Assembly (NCBI GenBank): GCA_903839965.1
Contig: CAIMEK010000224.1
Coordinates: 1-37,548 of the forward strand
Origin: an uncultured Acetobacteraceae bacterium
GTDB lineage: Bacteria; Pseudomonadota; Alphaproteobacteria; Acetobacterales; Acetobacteraceae
DNA: 37,548 nucleotides
Direction of reading: 5' to 3'
This document shows positions 18,052 to 27,341 of the stretch, one piece after another (the stretch's first letter is position 1; every line of letters starts with the position of its first letter). A model generated the notes under the pieces. The model ran no database searches and had not been told where the DNA came from. It saw only the letters and a list, made by a program, of their open reading frames with translations. The translations under genes and the position numbers were made by a program.

Positions 18052-19011
18052 ATGACAGTCCGCCAGCCAACTCAGGATTCGTTGCCCGTGGGTTTGCCGC
18101 CGCCGTCCGCCGGGCTGGACAAGCCAGGGCTCGGCATTCTGCTGATGCTCTTCGCGACCCTGTTGTTCTCGGTGCTCTGGGCCTGCGTCAAGGCATTGTC
18201 GGAACATTATTCGATCTACGAAGTGACGTTCTTCCGCAATTTCTTCGCGATGGTTCCGGTTATCCTGATGGTACTGGCCCGCCGAAGCTGGCGGGTGTTA
18301 CGGGTACGGCGGATTTCCGGGCATTTCTGGCGCGGGGTCATCAGCACCGTTTCGATGACCCTCGGGTTCCTGGCCTTCCACCTGATGCCATTGGCCGACG
18401 CGGTGGCCATTTCGTTCATGTCGCCCCTGGTGGTGACCGCATTGTCGGTACCGATGCTGGGGGAACGGGTGGGCATGCATCGATGGAGTGCCGTCGTCGT
18501 CGGCTTCTGCGGCGTGCTGGTGATCGTCAACCCGGGCGTCGGACTGCTCAATTTCGGGGTCGGGGTGGCGATCGCCGCCGCCGCCACCGCCGCCGTGGCG
18601 ACGATCACCATCCGCCAGTTGGGCCGCCAGGACCCGCCATTGGCGATCGTGTTCTATTTTACCCTGTTCTCCACCCTGTTCACCGCCCTGCCGCTGCCCT
18701 TTCTGTGGCAGACGCCGAGCGGAACGGACTGGGCGCTGCTGCTGCTGATGGGATCGACCGGCGGGGTGGGACAGTATTTCATGACCCGCGCCTACTGCCT
18801 GGCGCCGGCCGCGCTCATCAGCCCGTTCAACTACGCCGGTCTGTTGTGGGCGGCGGTGGCCGGCTGGCTGCTCTGGGGCGACGTGCTGAAGCCGCATGTG
18901 CTCGTCGGGTCGGCCATCGTCATCGCCAGCGGGCTTTACATCCTCTACCGGGAAACCCGCAAATCGTTCCGCCGCGCCATCGTCACGGTGCCACCCAAAG
19001 CGGGTCCTTGA
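18052..19011 (+). CDS. DMT/EamA family transporter
   Basis: About ten TM segments; FFRN, MPLADA, LGERVG..RW and SPFNY motifs. Confidence 0.9.
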   Translation: MTVRQPTQDSLPVGLPPPSAGLDKPGLGILLMLFATLLFSVLWACVKALSEHYSIYEVTFFRNFFAMVPVILMVLARRSWRVLRVRRISGHFWRGVISTVSMTLGFLAFHLMPLADAVAISFMSPLVVTALSVPMLGERVGMHRWSAVVVGFCGVLVIVNPGVGLLNFGVGVAIAAAATAAVATITIRQLGRQDPPLAIVFYFTLFSTLFTALPLPFLWQTPSGTDWALLLLMGSTGGVGQYFMTRAYCLAPAALISPFNYAGLLWAAVAGWLLWGDVLKPHVLVGSAIVIASGLYILYRETRKSFRRAIVTVPPKAGP

Positions 19012-19663
19012 GCTTGGCGAGGAAGGCCTTGTGCGCCGCCAGTTCGGCCTCGGTCGGCACGATCGGGCGCGACGGGCGGGCGCCGACGGCGGCGTAGCTG
19101 GCCACCGGCAGGTCGCCCTGGCCGGAGGCGGCCAGCAGCAGGCCGCGCTGGCGTCCGCCGGTGAGCTCGATATAGACCTCGGCCAGCAGCCGGCAGTCCA
19201 GCAGGGCGTTGTGCGTGATGCGCTCGGTGAGGTCGATGCCGAAACGCCGGCACAACGCGTCCAGGCTGTTCGGCATTCCCGGGAAGCGCGCCTTCGCCAG
19301 CATCAGCGTATCGACCATCCGCGCGCCGTCCAGCGCCGGGTGGCCGAGCCGGGAGAGCTCGGCGTTCAGGAAACCGAAATCGAACGGCGCGTTGTGCGCC
19401 ACCAGCTTGCCGTCGCCGAGGAATTCCAGCAGGCCGTCGGCGACCTCGCCGAACAGCGGCTTGCCCTCCAGCGCCTCCAGCGTGATGCCGTGAATGCGCG
19501 TCGCCTCTTCCGGGATGGAGCGCTGCGGATGCACGAGGGCATGGAAATGCCGGCCGGTGGGCAGGTCGTTGACCAGTTCCAGCGCGGCGATTTCGATGAT
19601 GCGGTCGCCGGCCATCGGGTCCAGGCCGGTGGTCTCGGTGTCGAACAGGACGGAACGGATCAT
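18983..19663 (-). CDS. dnaQ: DNA polymerase III epsilon subunit
   Basis: DTETTG, AHNAPFD, SLDALC, HNALLD, ELTGGRQ. Coupled to coaE. Confidence 0.96.
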   Translation of the reverse strand: MIRSVLFDTETTGLDPMAGDRIIEIAALELVNDLPTGRHFHALVHPQRSIPEEATRIHGITLEALEGKPLFGEVADGLLEFLGDGKLVAHNAPFDFGFLNAELSRLGHPALDGARMVDTLMLAKARFPGMPNSLDALCRRFGIDLTERITHNALLDCRLLAEVYIELTGGRQRGLLLAASGQGDLPVASYAAVGARPSRPIVPTEAELAAHKAFLAKLKDPLWVAP

Positions 19664-20289
19664 GGCAGGCAAACCGATTGAGGGAGGGGGTCGCGCAATT
19701 CGCGGATGAGACGGTGAATCGCCCGCAGCGCATGATGCCGCGTCAGGCCGGTGCGCACCACCAGGTCGGCGCGGCGGCGCTTCTCGGCGTCCGGCATCTG
19801 GCGGGCCAGCACGGCGCGGATCTGTGCCGCGTCCATGTGCTGGCGCCGCCGCACCCGCGCGATCTGCACCGAGCGTGGCGCGGAGACCACCACGACGCGG
19901 TCGACGTGCCGGTCGCCCCGGGTTTCCAGCAGCAGCGGGATGTCGAGGACCGCGATGCGCGCCTGCGTGCGGCGGGCACGGGCCAGGAAAGCCCGCTGCT
20001 CGCGGCGCACCATGGGGTGCACGATCGCCTCCAGCCCGGCCAGCGCGGCGGGATCCTGCAGCACGCGGGCCCGCAACGCGGCACGGTCGAGCACGCGGCG
20101 GCCTTGCGCGTCGGTGCCGACCGTGCCGGGAAAGGCCTGTCCGATGGCGCGCAGGGCGCGGCCGTTCGGCCGCTGCAACCAATGCACCGTGGCGTCGGCG
20201 TCGAACACCGGGATGCGGGCGCGGCGAAAGGCTGCGGCGGCGGTCGATTTGCCCATGCCGATTCCGCCGGTCAGGCCGATCACCTGCAT
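19660..20289 (-). CDS. coaE: Dephospho-CoA kinase
   Basis: IGLTGGIGMGKST, DAD, LEAIVHP, DIPLLLE. Confidence 0.96.
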   Translation of the reverse strand: MQVIGLTGGIGMGKSTAAAAFRRARIPVFDADATVHWLQRPNGRALRAIGQAFPGTVGTDAQGRRVLDRAALRARVLQDPAALAGLEAIVHPMVRREQRAFLARARRTQARIAVLDIPLLLETRGDRHVDRVVVVSAPRSVQIARVRRRQHMDAAQIRAVLARQMPDAEKRRRADLVVRTGLTRHHALRAIHRLIRELRDPLPQSVCLP

Positions 20290-20562
20290 CGCCGTCTTTC
20301 CGCTGTCATCGAAGGGCAACAAGCACGTTGAAGGGTGCCGGGCAAGATAGCGTGAATTCATGCAAGTGACACGCGCCAGCCGGCGTGCGCGAGGCTATTC
20401 GATCAGCAACGACAATGACCGACGGGCCGGCCTTTGCGTGCCCGCGCCCTTCCTGCCCCGCCGGGATAGCCGAGCCTCGCGGGTGACGATAAGCTTCGCC
20501 GCGGCCGCCGGCCGGTACCTGCAATTCCCGCTCCGCAACCCGCCTGACCCCAGGAGATCCGC

Positions 20563-21858
20563 ATGCCCGCTCCCCTGAAGCGACGTACCCTGCTGACCGG
20601 CGCCGCCGGCGCGCTCGCGGCCCCGGCGATCGTCCGGGCGCAGGGCAAGACCGCCATCGAATTCTACTTCCCGGTGGCGGTCGGTGGCCCGATCACCCGC
20701 ATCATCGACGACTATGTGGCCGCGTTCATGCAGGCGAACCCGGACGTGGCGGTGAAGCCGATCTACGCCGGCAGCTACGTGGACACGCTGACCAAGGCGG
20801 TCACCGCGACCAAGGCGGGGCAAGGCCCGACGCTGGCGGTGACGCTGGCGGTCGACGCCTACACGCTGGTGGACGACGAGCTGATCGTGCCGATCGACGG
20901 CATTGTCGCGACCGCGGAAGACCGTGCGTGGCTCGACAGCTTCTATCCGGCGTTCCTGCGCAACGGGCAGATCGACGGCCATACCTGGGGCGTGCCGTTC
21001 CAGCGCTCCACCATCGTCATGTACTGGAACAAGGATGCCTTCCGCGAAGCTGGCCTCGACCCCGAGCGTGCGCCCGGAAACTGGGAGGAACTGACCGCTG
21101 CCGCCATGCAGGCAACCAGGCGCGAGGGCGAGCGGGTGGCACGCTGGGGCATCCAGGTTCCCGGCACGGGGTTCACCTACTGGCTGTTCCAGGCCTTCGC
21201 CGCGCAGGCCGGCACCGAACTCGCCAACGCCAACGGCACCAAGGTCAACTTCAACGACCCGGCCTGCGTGGAGGCATTGCAGTACTGGATCGACCTGACG
21301 TCGAAGTACAAGGTCCACCCGCCGGGCATCGTCGACTGGGGCACCACGCCGCGCGACTTCCTGGAGGGCAAGGTGGCGATGATCTGGCACACCACCGGCA
21401 ACCTCACCAACATCAAGGCCAATGCGAAATTCCCGTTCGGCGTGGCCATGCTGCCGGCGCACAAGCGCCCGGGCAGCCCGACCGGCGGCGGCAATTTCCA
21501 CCTGTTCAAGGGTGCCAGCCCGGCGCAGCGGGCGGCCTCGCTGCGGCTGCTGCGATTCCTCACCACGCCGGAGCGCGCCGCCAAATGGTGCATCGACACC
21601 GGCTACGTGGCGACCCGCCCGGATGCCTGGGAGACGCCGGAGATGCGGGCCTATTTGGCCGCCTTCCCGGCCGCCGCGGTGGCGCGCGACCAGCTCAAGG
21701 TGGCCGTGCCGGAACTTTCCACGCACGACAACCAGCGCGTCACGCAGGTGCTCGACGACGAGCTGCAGGCAGCCCTGCTCGGCAGCAAGCCGCCCAGGGC
21801 CGCACTCGACCAGGCCCAGGCCAGCGGCACCCGCCTGCTGCGGGCCTACGCCCGCTGA
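20563..21858 (+). CDS. Family-1 ABC solute-binding protein (UgpB-like) with Tat signal
   Basis: KRRTLL Tat-like leader; GVPFQRSTIVMYWNKDAF, SPTGGGNF, TGY; AGGAG RBS. Confidence 0.9.
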   Translation: MPAPLKRRTLLTGAAGALAAPAIVRAQGKTAIEFYFPVAVGGPITRIIDDYVAAFMQANPDVAVKPIYAGSYVDTLTKAVTATKAGQGPTLAVTLAVDAYTLVDDELIVPIDGIVATAEDRAWLDSFYPAFLRNGQIDGHTWGVPFQRSTIVMYWNKDAFREAGLDPERAPGNWEELTAAAMQATRREGERVARWGIQVPGTGFTYWLFQAFAAQAGTELANANGTKVNFNDPACVEALQYWIDLTSKYKVHPPGIVDWGTTPRDFLEGKVAMIWHTTGNLTNIKANAKFPFGVAMLPAHKRPGSPTGGGNFHLFKGASPAQRAASLRLLRFLTTPERAAKWCIDTGYVATRPDAWETPEMRAYLAAFPAAAVARDQLKVAVPELSTHDNQRVTQVLDDELQAALLGSKPPRAALDQAQASGTRLLRAYAR

Positions 21859-21880
21859 GGGGGAACCATAGCGGGCGGTT

Positions 21881-22654
21881 TCAGGCCTTGATTGCCGCGA
21901 CCGCCCGCCGGAGGCTGCTCTGCAGCACCTCGATCTCGCTCGAATAGGCCAGCAGCAGCACGCCGGCGTCTTTCCACCGGCGCGCCTGCTCGGTGGTCGA
22001 GACCAGCATGGCGCACACCTTGCCATGCTTCTTCGCAGCCGCCAGCACGAGGTCTCGCTTTTCGTCCACCACGCGCGCCTGTTCCGGCGTGCCCATCACA
22101 CCGAGATCCTGGGACAGGTCGGCGGGGCCAAGCGTGAGGGCGTCGATGCCGTCCATCGCGGCGATTTCGTCGAGGTCGTCGAACGCGGCGGCGGTCTCGA
22201 ACATGACGGTAACGAACACCTGCTGGTTGGCGAAGGCCCGGCGCTCGGGCGACATGCTGCTGCCCTCGAAATCGGTTGCCGGGGTCAGCCCGCCGTTGCC
22301 GCGCAGGCCCATCGGCGCATAACGCGTGGCGGCGACGATCTCCGCGGCATGTTTCGCCGATTCCACCTGCGGGCAATGCAGGTTCCACACGCCCATGTCG
22401 AGCAGGCGCGTGATCCATTCCCGATTGGCCACCGGCGGGCGCACGGCAATCGGGAAATCAAGCGCCCGCGCCAGCAGCGCCATCGCGGCGATGGTTTCGA
22501 TCGACGGCGAGGAATGCTCCATGTCGATGCGCGCGTAGTCGAGGCCCGCCGCCTTCAGCAACGGCAGGATCGCCGGATTGCGCACCAGGTTGATCCAGGT
22601 GCCCACCTGCACTTCGCCGCGTGCGAGACCGGCACGCATTGCATTCGGTCGCAT
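21881..22654 (-). CDS. HpcH/HpaI class II aldolase family protein
   Basis: IDMEHS, RLLDMG, YAPMGLRG, FET, GPADLS; GGAGG RBS. Confidence 0.9.
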   Translation of the reverse strand: MRPNAMRAGLARGEVQVGTWINLVRNPAILPLLKAAGLDYARIDMEHSSPSIETIAAMALLARALDFPIAVRPPVANREWITRLLDMGVWNLHCPQVESAKHAAEIVAATRYAPMGLRGNGGLTPATDFEGSSMSPERRAFANQQVFVTVMFETAAAFDDLDEIAAMDGIDALTLGPADLSQDLGVMGTPEQARVVDEKRDLVLAAAKKHGKVCAMLVSTTEQARRWKDAGVLLLAYSSEIEVLQSSLRRAVAAIKA

Positions 22655-22792
22655 CCGTTGTGTCCTCCGGTGGTCGGCGTTGCCAGGAGCGCCAGCCAGA
22701 ACCGGTCGGTGCGCTCTGTCAACCCACGGCGGGAGCAACGGTCCGATCGCGCCACGCCCTGGATTTCCCGCACAGGGTGGACGAGAATCGGG

Positions 22793-23218
22793 ATGATGCT
22801 CCACCTGATGAAACTCGCGGTCGGCGTCCGCGATGTCGCGCACCTGCGCGAGTTGCAGGCAGTCCGCCTGGCCCGGCAGGGAAAACTGCGCCACCTGACT
22901 CGCAACTTTCCTCGGCGGGCGGAGGAGATCGTCGACGGCGGCTCGATGTACTGGGTCATCGCCGGCGCCCTGGTGGTGCGCCAGCGCATCCCCGACATCA
23001 CCGCGGCCAAGCACGAGGACGGCTCGGCCTGCGCCGCCATCCATCTCGATCCCGAATTGGTTGCGGTCGCCGGCCGCCCAACTCGGCCATTCCAGGGCTG
23101 GCGCTACCTCGCCGCCGCGGCCGCCCCGCCCGATATCGCGGACACGGGCAAGGCGGACGGGGTGGACGAGTTGCCGGAAACGTTGCGGCACGAACTCAGG
23201 ACGCTCGGCCTGATCTGA
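22793..23218 (+). CDS. DUF1489 family protein
   Basis: LHLMKLAVG, TRNFPRR, GGSMYWVI, RPFQGWRYL, LRTLGLI. Confidence 0.88.
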   Translation: MMLHLMKLAVGVRDVAHLRELQAVRLARQGKLRHLTRNFPRRAEEIVDGGSMYWVIAGALVVRQRIPDITAAKHEDGSACAAIHLDPELVAVAGRPTRPFQGWRYLAAAAAPPDIADTGKADGVDELPETLRHELRTLGLI

Positions 23219-23268
23219 TACCGGCGGCCCGACATGCCGTCTCTTCCGGCATTTCGGGCCGCCGGTAT
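23218..23268. mobile_element. 51-bp palindromic MITE/REP-like element, copy 1
   Basis: ATACCGGCGGCCCGA-C-ATGCCG-tctcttc-CGGCAT-T-TCGGGCCGCCGGTAT. Identical at 48/51 positions to 35044-35094. Confidence 0.75.
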
Positions 23269-23312
23269 CGTGCGCGGGGATGGTGGGGCGGCCGCGCGCG
23301 AAATATGGTTCA

Positions 23313-23342
23313 ATACCGGTCAGCCCGAAGGGCTGCCGGTAT
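23313..23342. repeat. Short derivative of the same palindromic element
   Basis: ATACCGG-t-CAGCCC-gaa-GGGCTG-CCGGTAT, with the same ATACCGG...CCGGTAT termini. Confidence 0.6.
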
Positions 23343-23397
23343 GACTCCGCGTGGGGTGAACAAGGCCCGCCGCGACGAAACGTGAGAGAGAATTTGC

Positions 23398-23426
23398 TTG
23401 CGCCACCCGGACGGAGGCTTCATAGT
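23398..23426 (+). promoter_or_regulatory. Candidate sigma70 promoter for the small His/Lys-rich gene
   Basis: TTGCGC-N17-CATAGT followed by TATAT. Confidence 0.45.
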
Positions 23427-23493
23427 TATATCAGGTAGCTACGCTGCTATGCTCGCGTGAACCCTCAACCAAGCCTTCCTGATGGAGCCCGCC

Positions 23494-23682
23494 GTGAACT
23501 TCTCCCGCAGACATCTTCTGGTGTCCCTCGGTCTGGCTCTGCCGGCCGTGACCATCGCGGCCACCGAGGCCAGCGCCGCCACCTCCGCCCATAAGAAGCA
23601 CAAGCCCACACACCACAGCAGCGTCAGCCACGTGTCGCACAAGCGCCACAAGCCGACCACGCACAAGACCACCCAAAGCTGA
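23494..23682 (+). CDS. Small secreted His/Lys-rich peptide with Tat-like signal (62 aa; alternative ATG at 23482)
   Basis: GGAG upstream of GTG. SRRHLL twin-arginine motif, hydrophobic core, ASA cleavage site. Mature part ATSAHKKHKPTHHSSVSHVSHKRHKPTTHKTTQS. High GC3. Confidence 0.78.
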   Translation: MNFSRRHLLVSLGLALPAVTIAATEASAATSAHKKHKPTHHSSVSHVSHKRHKPTTHKTTQS

Positions 23683-23686
23683 GCGC

Positions 23687-23734
23687 GCGGCGCAGGCCGC
23701 CCTTCACACCGCGGCGCAGGCCGCCCTTCACACC
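23687..23734. repeat. Perfect 24-bp tandem duplication overlapping the SDR stop codon
   Basis: gcggcgcaggccgcccttcacacc twice. Confidence 0.9.
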
Positions 23735-24510
23735 ACCGGGCTGGTGCCGCCGTCGACATTGATGGCGGTGCCGGTCACGTAGCCGGCCGCGTCGGACGCC
23801 AGGAAGCATGCCACGTTGGCGAATTCCTCGGCGGTTCCCATGCGGCCGAGCGGCACCGGCTTGCCGGTTTCGGCGATGAACTCCTCCAGGGTGCGATTGC
23901 CGCCCCTGGTGCGGTGCCAATTGCGCACCTGGTCGGTGACGATCAGGCCCACCAGCAGGGCATTCACCAGGATGCCGTGCGGCGCACCCTCCCCCGCAAG
24001 AACCTTCGTCAACGCCATGCCGGCGGCGCGGCTGATCGTGGTGGGCGCGCTGCCCGCGCGTGGCGCCTTCGCGCCGGTGTTGAGGATGTTGATCACCCGT
24101 CCCCAGCCGCGCGCCTTCATCTGCGGCCAGGCCAGCCGGGTCAGCCGGATGGCGGCGAACAGCTTGAGGTCCAGGTCCGCCTGCCAGATCGCGTCGGTCA
24201 CTTCCTCGAACGGGCCGGTGCGTGACGTGCCGGCGTTGTTCACCACGATGTCGATGCGGCCGAGCCGCGCCATGACCGCGTCGAAGGCCCGTTGCACGTC
24301 GTCGGCTTTCGAGACGTCGCAGGCCACCGCCTCGACCCGCCCGCCGGCGGTCGCGGCAATCGCCGCCTTTGCTTCGTCCAGCACATCGGGGCGACGGGCC
24401 AGGATGGCCACGTCCGCGCCCGAGGCGGCGAGGCGCGTTGCCATTGCCAGACCGAGTCCCCTGCTGCCGCCGGTCACCACCGCCGTGCGCCCGCCCAACC
24501 GGATGTCCAT
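23728..24510 (-). CDS. Short-chain dehydrogenase/reductase
   Basis: TGGSRGLG, NNAG, GRMG, GYVTG..NVDGG. The YxxxK position reads TTISR. Confidence 0.92.
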   Translation of the reverse strand: MDIRLGGRTAVVTGGSRGLGLAMATRLAASGADVAILARRPDVLDEAKAAIAATAGGRVEAVACDVSKADDVQRAFDAVMARLGRIDIVVNNAGTSRTGPFEEVTDAIWQADLDLKLFAAIRLTRLAWPQMKARGWGRVINILNTGAKAPRAGSAPTTISRAAGMALTKVLAGEGAPHGILVNALLVGLIVTDQVRNWHRTRGGNRTLEEFIAETGKPVPLGRMGTAEEFANVACFLASDAAGYVTGTAINVDGGTSPVV

Positions 24511-24678
24511 CGCCCCTGCCTTTTTCAGCCTCCGCGCAGGCTAGCGGAGGAAGGTGGGGTACGCACAGGGGGTGGGTGCACGTCAGCACGGGCTGCAGCG
24601 ACACCCCCGGCACGGCGTCGAACAGCACCAGCACCACCGTGCCGCCCCCCCGTGCGCCGCTATGGCGGTGTGGTGCGA

Positions 24679-25890
24679 TCAGGCGGCGCGCAACGGCCGG
24701 ACCTGCGCCCAGATGGCCGATAACGAGGCCACCAGGTGTTCGATGTCGGCGTCGCTGTGCAGCGGCGATGGGGTCAACCGCAGGCGCTCGGAGCCGCGCG
24801 GCACGGTGGGGTAGTTGATTGGCTGCACGTAGATGCCGTAGCGCTCCAGCAGCAGATCGCTGATCTGCTTGCAGAGCACCGGATCGCCCACCTTCACCGG
24901 CACGATATGGCTCGGGTTGTTCATGTGCGGCACACCGGCCTCGTCCAGCCGGCGGCGCAGCCTGGCGACCCGGTCGCGCTGGCCGTGCCGTTCGGCGTCG
25001 CTCGCCTTGAGGTGGCGGATGCTGGCGATCGCGCCCGCCGCCACCGCCGGCGGCAACGAGGTGGTGAAGATGAAGCCCGAGGCGAAGCTGCGCACGAAGT
25101 CGCACATGGCGTGCGAGCCGGCGATGTAGCCGCCCATCACGCCGAACGCCTTGCCGAGCGTTCCCTCGATCACGGTCAGCCGCTGCGCCACTCCCTCGCG
25201 TTCCGAAACCCCCCCGCCGCGCGGTCCGTACATGCCGACCGCATGCACTTCGTCGAGGAAGGTCATGGCACCGTGCCGCTCGGCCACGTCACACAGGTCG
25301 GCGATCGGGGCGATGTCGCCGTCCATCGAGTAAACCGATTCGAACGCCACCAGCTTCGGACGGTCCGGGCCGATTTCGGCGAGGATGCGGTCGAGATCGA
25401 CGGGGTCGTTATGGGCGAAGATGCGTTTTTCCGCCCGGCTGTGCCGTACGCCCTCGATCATCGAGGCATGGTTGAGCGCGTCCGACACCACGATGCAGCC
25501 CGGCATGCGGGCGGCCAGCGTCGACAGCGTCGCCCAGTTCGACATGTAGCCCGAATTGAACAGCAGGGCGGCCGCGGTGCCGTGCAGGTCGGCGAGTTCG
25601 CGTTCCAGCAGCACATGGTAGTGGTTGGTGCCCGAGATGTTGCGGGTGCCGCCGGCGCCGGCGCCGCAACGGTCGAGTGCCGTGTGCATCGCCGCCAGCA
25701 CGTCGGGGTGCTGGCCCATGCCGAGGTAGTCGTTCGAGCACCACACCGTCACCTGGGCGGGGCCGCGTTCGCGATGGTGGGTGGCGTGCGGGAAGGCGCC
25801 GACGTGGCGTTCGAGATCGGCGAATTCCCGGTATCTGCCCTCGGTGCGCAGGCCGGCGAGTTGCGTGCTGAAAAACGCTTCGTAGTTCAT
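24679..25890 (-). CDS. hemA: 5-aminolevulinate synthase
   Basis: [70 protein letters not shown]. Confidence 0.96.
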   Translation of the reverse strand: MNYEAFFSTQLAGLRTEGRYREFADLERHVGAFPHATHHRERGPAQVTVWCSNDYLGMGQHPDVLAAMHTALDRCGAGAGGTRNISGTNHYHVLLERELADLHGTAAALLFNSGYMSNWATLSTLAARMPGCIVVSDALNHASMIEGVRHSRAEKRIFAHNDPVDLDRILAEIGPDRPKLVAFESVYSMDGDIAPIADLCDVAERHGAMTFLDEVHAVGMYGPRGGGVSEREGVAQRLTVIEGTLGKAFGVMGGYIAGSHAMCDFVRSFASGFIFTTSLPPAVAAGAIASIRHLKASDAERHGQRDRVARLRRRLDEAGVPHMNNPSHIVPVKVGDPVLCKQISDLLLERYGIYVQPINYPTVPRGSERLRLTPSPLHSDADIEHLVASLSAIWAQVRPLRAA

Positions 25891-26018
25891 TCCCCACTCC
25901 GGTCGGGTCCGATCCGCGCGCAATTTCGTGATGATGGAGGCGACCATCGGTTCCGGCGGTTTCGCCGGCGTTAACTTATGTTCATCCAACCCCAGCGCGG
26001 GCACGCGCAGGCGGTGAA

Positions 26019-26237
26019 ATGGCATGGATGGCCGCCGAACGCCAGGGTTTGAGGCGGGTGCTCGCGCGTAAGTTGAACAGCGTCGTTGCCGGAGTGGCCG
26101 TCCCGAACGGCCAGCGCCTGCACGACATAAGGCTGCGCAGCGGCGGCCTGCTGATTCCGCTGGGCCGCGCCGGACCGCTGAGCGACACCCTGGCGGTGCC
26201 GGGGACACTGCCGATCGTGTGGTGGTGGCAGCCCTGA
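26019..26237 (+). CDS. Small hypothetical protein (72 aa) upstream of hpnA
   Basis: Fills the hemA-hpnA gap; 3' half has high GC3; ends LPIVWWWQP. Confidence 0.45.
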   Translation: MAWMAAERQGLRRVLARKLNSVVAGVAVPNGQRLHDIRLRSGGLLIPLGRAGPLSDTLAVPGTLPIVWWWQP

Positions 26238-26333
26238 CCCGGGCAGGTCGACCGGCCGAAACGGATGCGTCGCCGCTGTTCCTGCCGCCGTTCGCCGGGT
26301 TATAAGCCGGCCCGCAACGGTTCGAGAACTGCC

Positions 26334-27341
26334 TTGTCCGCGACCGGTCCCACCCTCGTCACTGGCGCCACCGGCTTCGTAGGGTCCGCGGTGGCCCGCT
26401 GCCTGTTCGCGCGCGGCCATGCGCTGCGGCTGCTGGTGCGCCGGGACAACGACCGCCGCAACATCGAGGGGCTGGACGCGGAACTGGCGGAAGGCGACCT
26501 CGTCGATGCCGATTCGCTCGCGCGCGCCGTCACGGGCTGCCGATACGTCGTGCACGTCGCGGCCGACTACCGCATCTGGGTGCCCGATCCCGCCGCCATG
26601 CGGCGCGTCAACGTGGAGGGGACACGGGCGCTGATGCGCGCCGCCCTCGGCGCCGGGGTGGAACGGGTGGTGTACTGCAGCAGCGTCGCCGCCTTGGGCC
26701 TGACCGGCGACGCCACGCCCGCCGATGAACGGACGCCGGTGAGCCAGGACGCCATCGTAGGTGCGTACAAGCTATCAAAGTTCGACGCCGAACGAATTGT
26801 TTCCGACCTGGTCGAGGTCGAGGGGCTGCCTGCGGTGATCGTCAATCCGGCCGCGCCGGTCGGGCCGCGGGACGTCAAGCCGACCCCGACCGGCCGCATG
26901 ATCGCCGATGCCGCCGCCGGGCGGATGCCGGCCTATGTCGATACCGGGCTGAACGTCGTGCACGTCGACGACGTGGCCGAGGGCCATGTGCTGGCGCTGG
27001 AGCGCGGCGTGGTGGGGCAGCGCTACATCCTGGGCGGCGACAATCTCACCATGGCGGCGCTGCTCGCCCTGGTGGACGATGTGATGGGCCGGGCGCAGCG
27101 CCGCGTGCGGTTGCCCGTCGGCCTGCTCTGGCCGCTGGCGCTGGGCTGCGAGGCGGTGGCCCGGATCGGCGGCGGCGACCCCATGGTGACCCGCGACCAT
27201 TTGCGCATGGCGCGCAAGACCATGTTCTTCTCCTCGGCCAAGGCCACGGCGGAGCTTGGCTACCATGCCCGGCCAGCCCGCCGCGCGATTGCGGACGCCA
27301 TCACCTGGCTGCGCGAGAACGGACGGATTTCGCCCCGATGA
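26334..27341 (+). CDS. hpnA: Hopanoid-associated NAD-dependent sugar epimerase/dehydratase
   Basis: [47 protein letters not shown] start inferred. Confidence 0.92.
   Translation: MSATGPTLVTGATGFVGSAVARCLFARGHALRLLVRRDNDRRNIEGLDAELAEGDLVDADSLARAVTGCRYVVHVAADYRIWVPDPAAMRRVNVEGTRALMRAALGAGVERVVYCSSVAALGLTGDATPADERTPVSQDAIVGAYKLSKFDAERIVSDLVEVEGLPAVIVNPAAPVGPRDVKPTPTGRMIADAAAGRMPAYVDTGLNVVHVDDVAEGHVLALERGVVGQRYILGGDNLTMAALLALVDDVMGRAQRRVRLPVGLLWPLALGCEAVARIGGGDPMVTRDHLRMARKTMFFSSAKATAELGYHARPARRAIADAITWLRENGRISPR

Noticed and set aside
15248-18070. Long antisense and alternate-frame ORFs (e.g. 940 aa here, 894 aa at 30589-33273, 860 aa at 6131-8713)
   Set aside because: They shadow well-supported genes, are Arg/Gly/Ala/Pro-rich without motifs, and are typical of stop-codon scarcity in high-GC DNA.
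20290-20562. Small ORFs or a riboswitch in the coaE/SBP divergent gap
   Set aside because: The ORFs overlap flanking starts and have poor codon bias. No riboswitch or sigma54 consensus was recognised.
24511-24678. Coding-looking stretch (TVVLVLFDAVPGVSLQPVLTC) between hemA and the SDR
   Set aside because: No credible start/RBS and stop pair in the gap and no recognisable family. At most a gene remnant.
25891-26018. FnrL/FixK or Irr box upstream of hemA
   Set aside because: No TTGAT-N4-ATCAA or ICE-like match was found.
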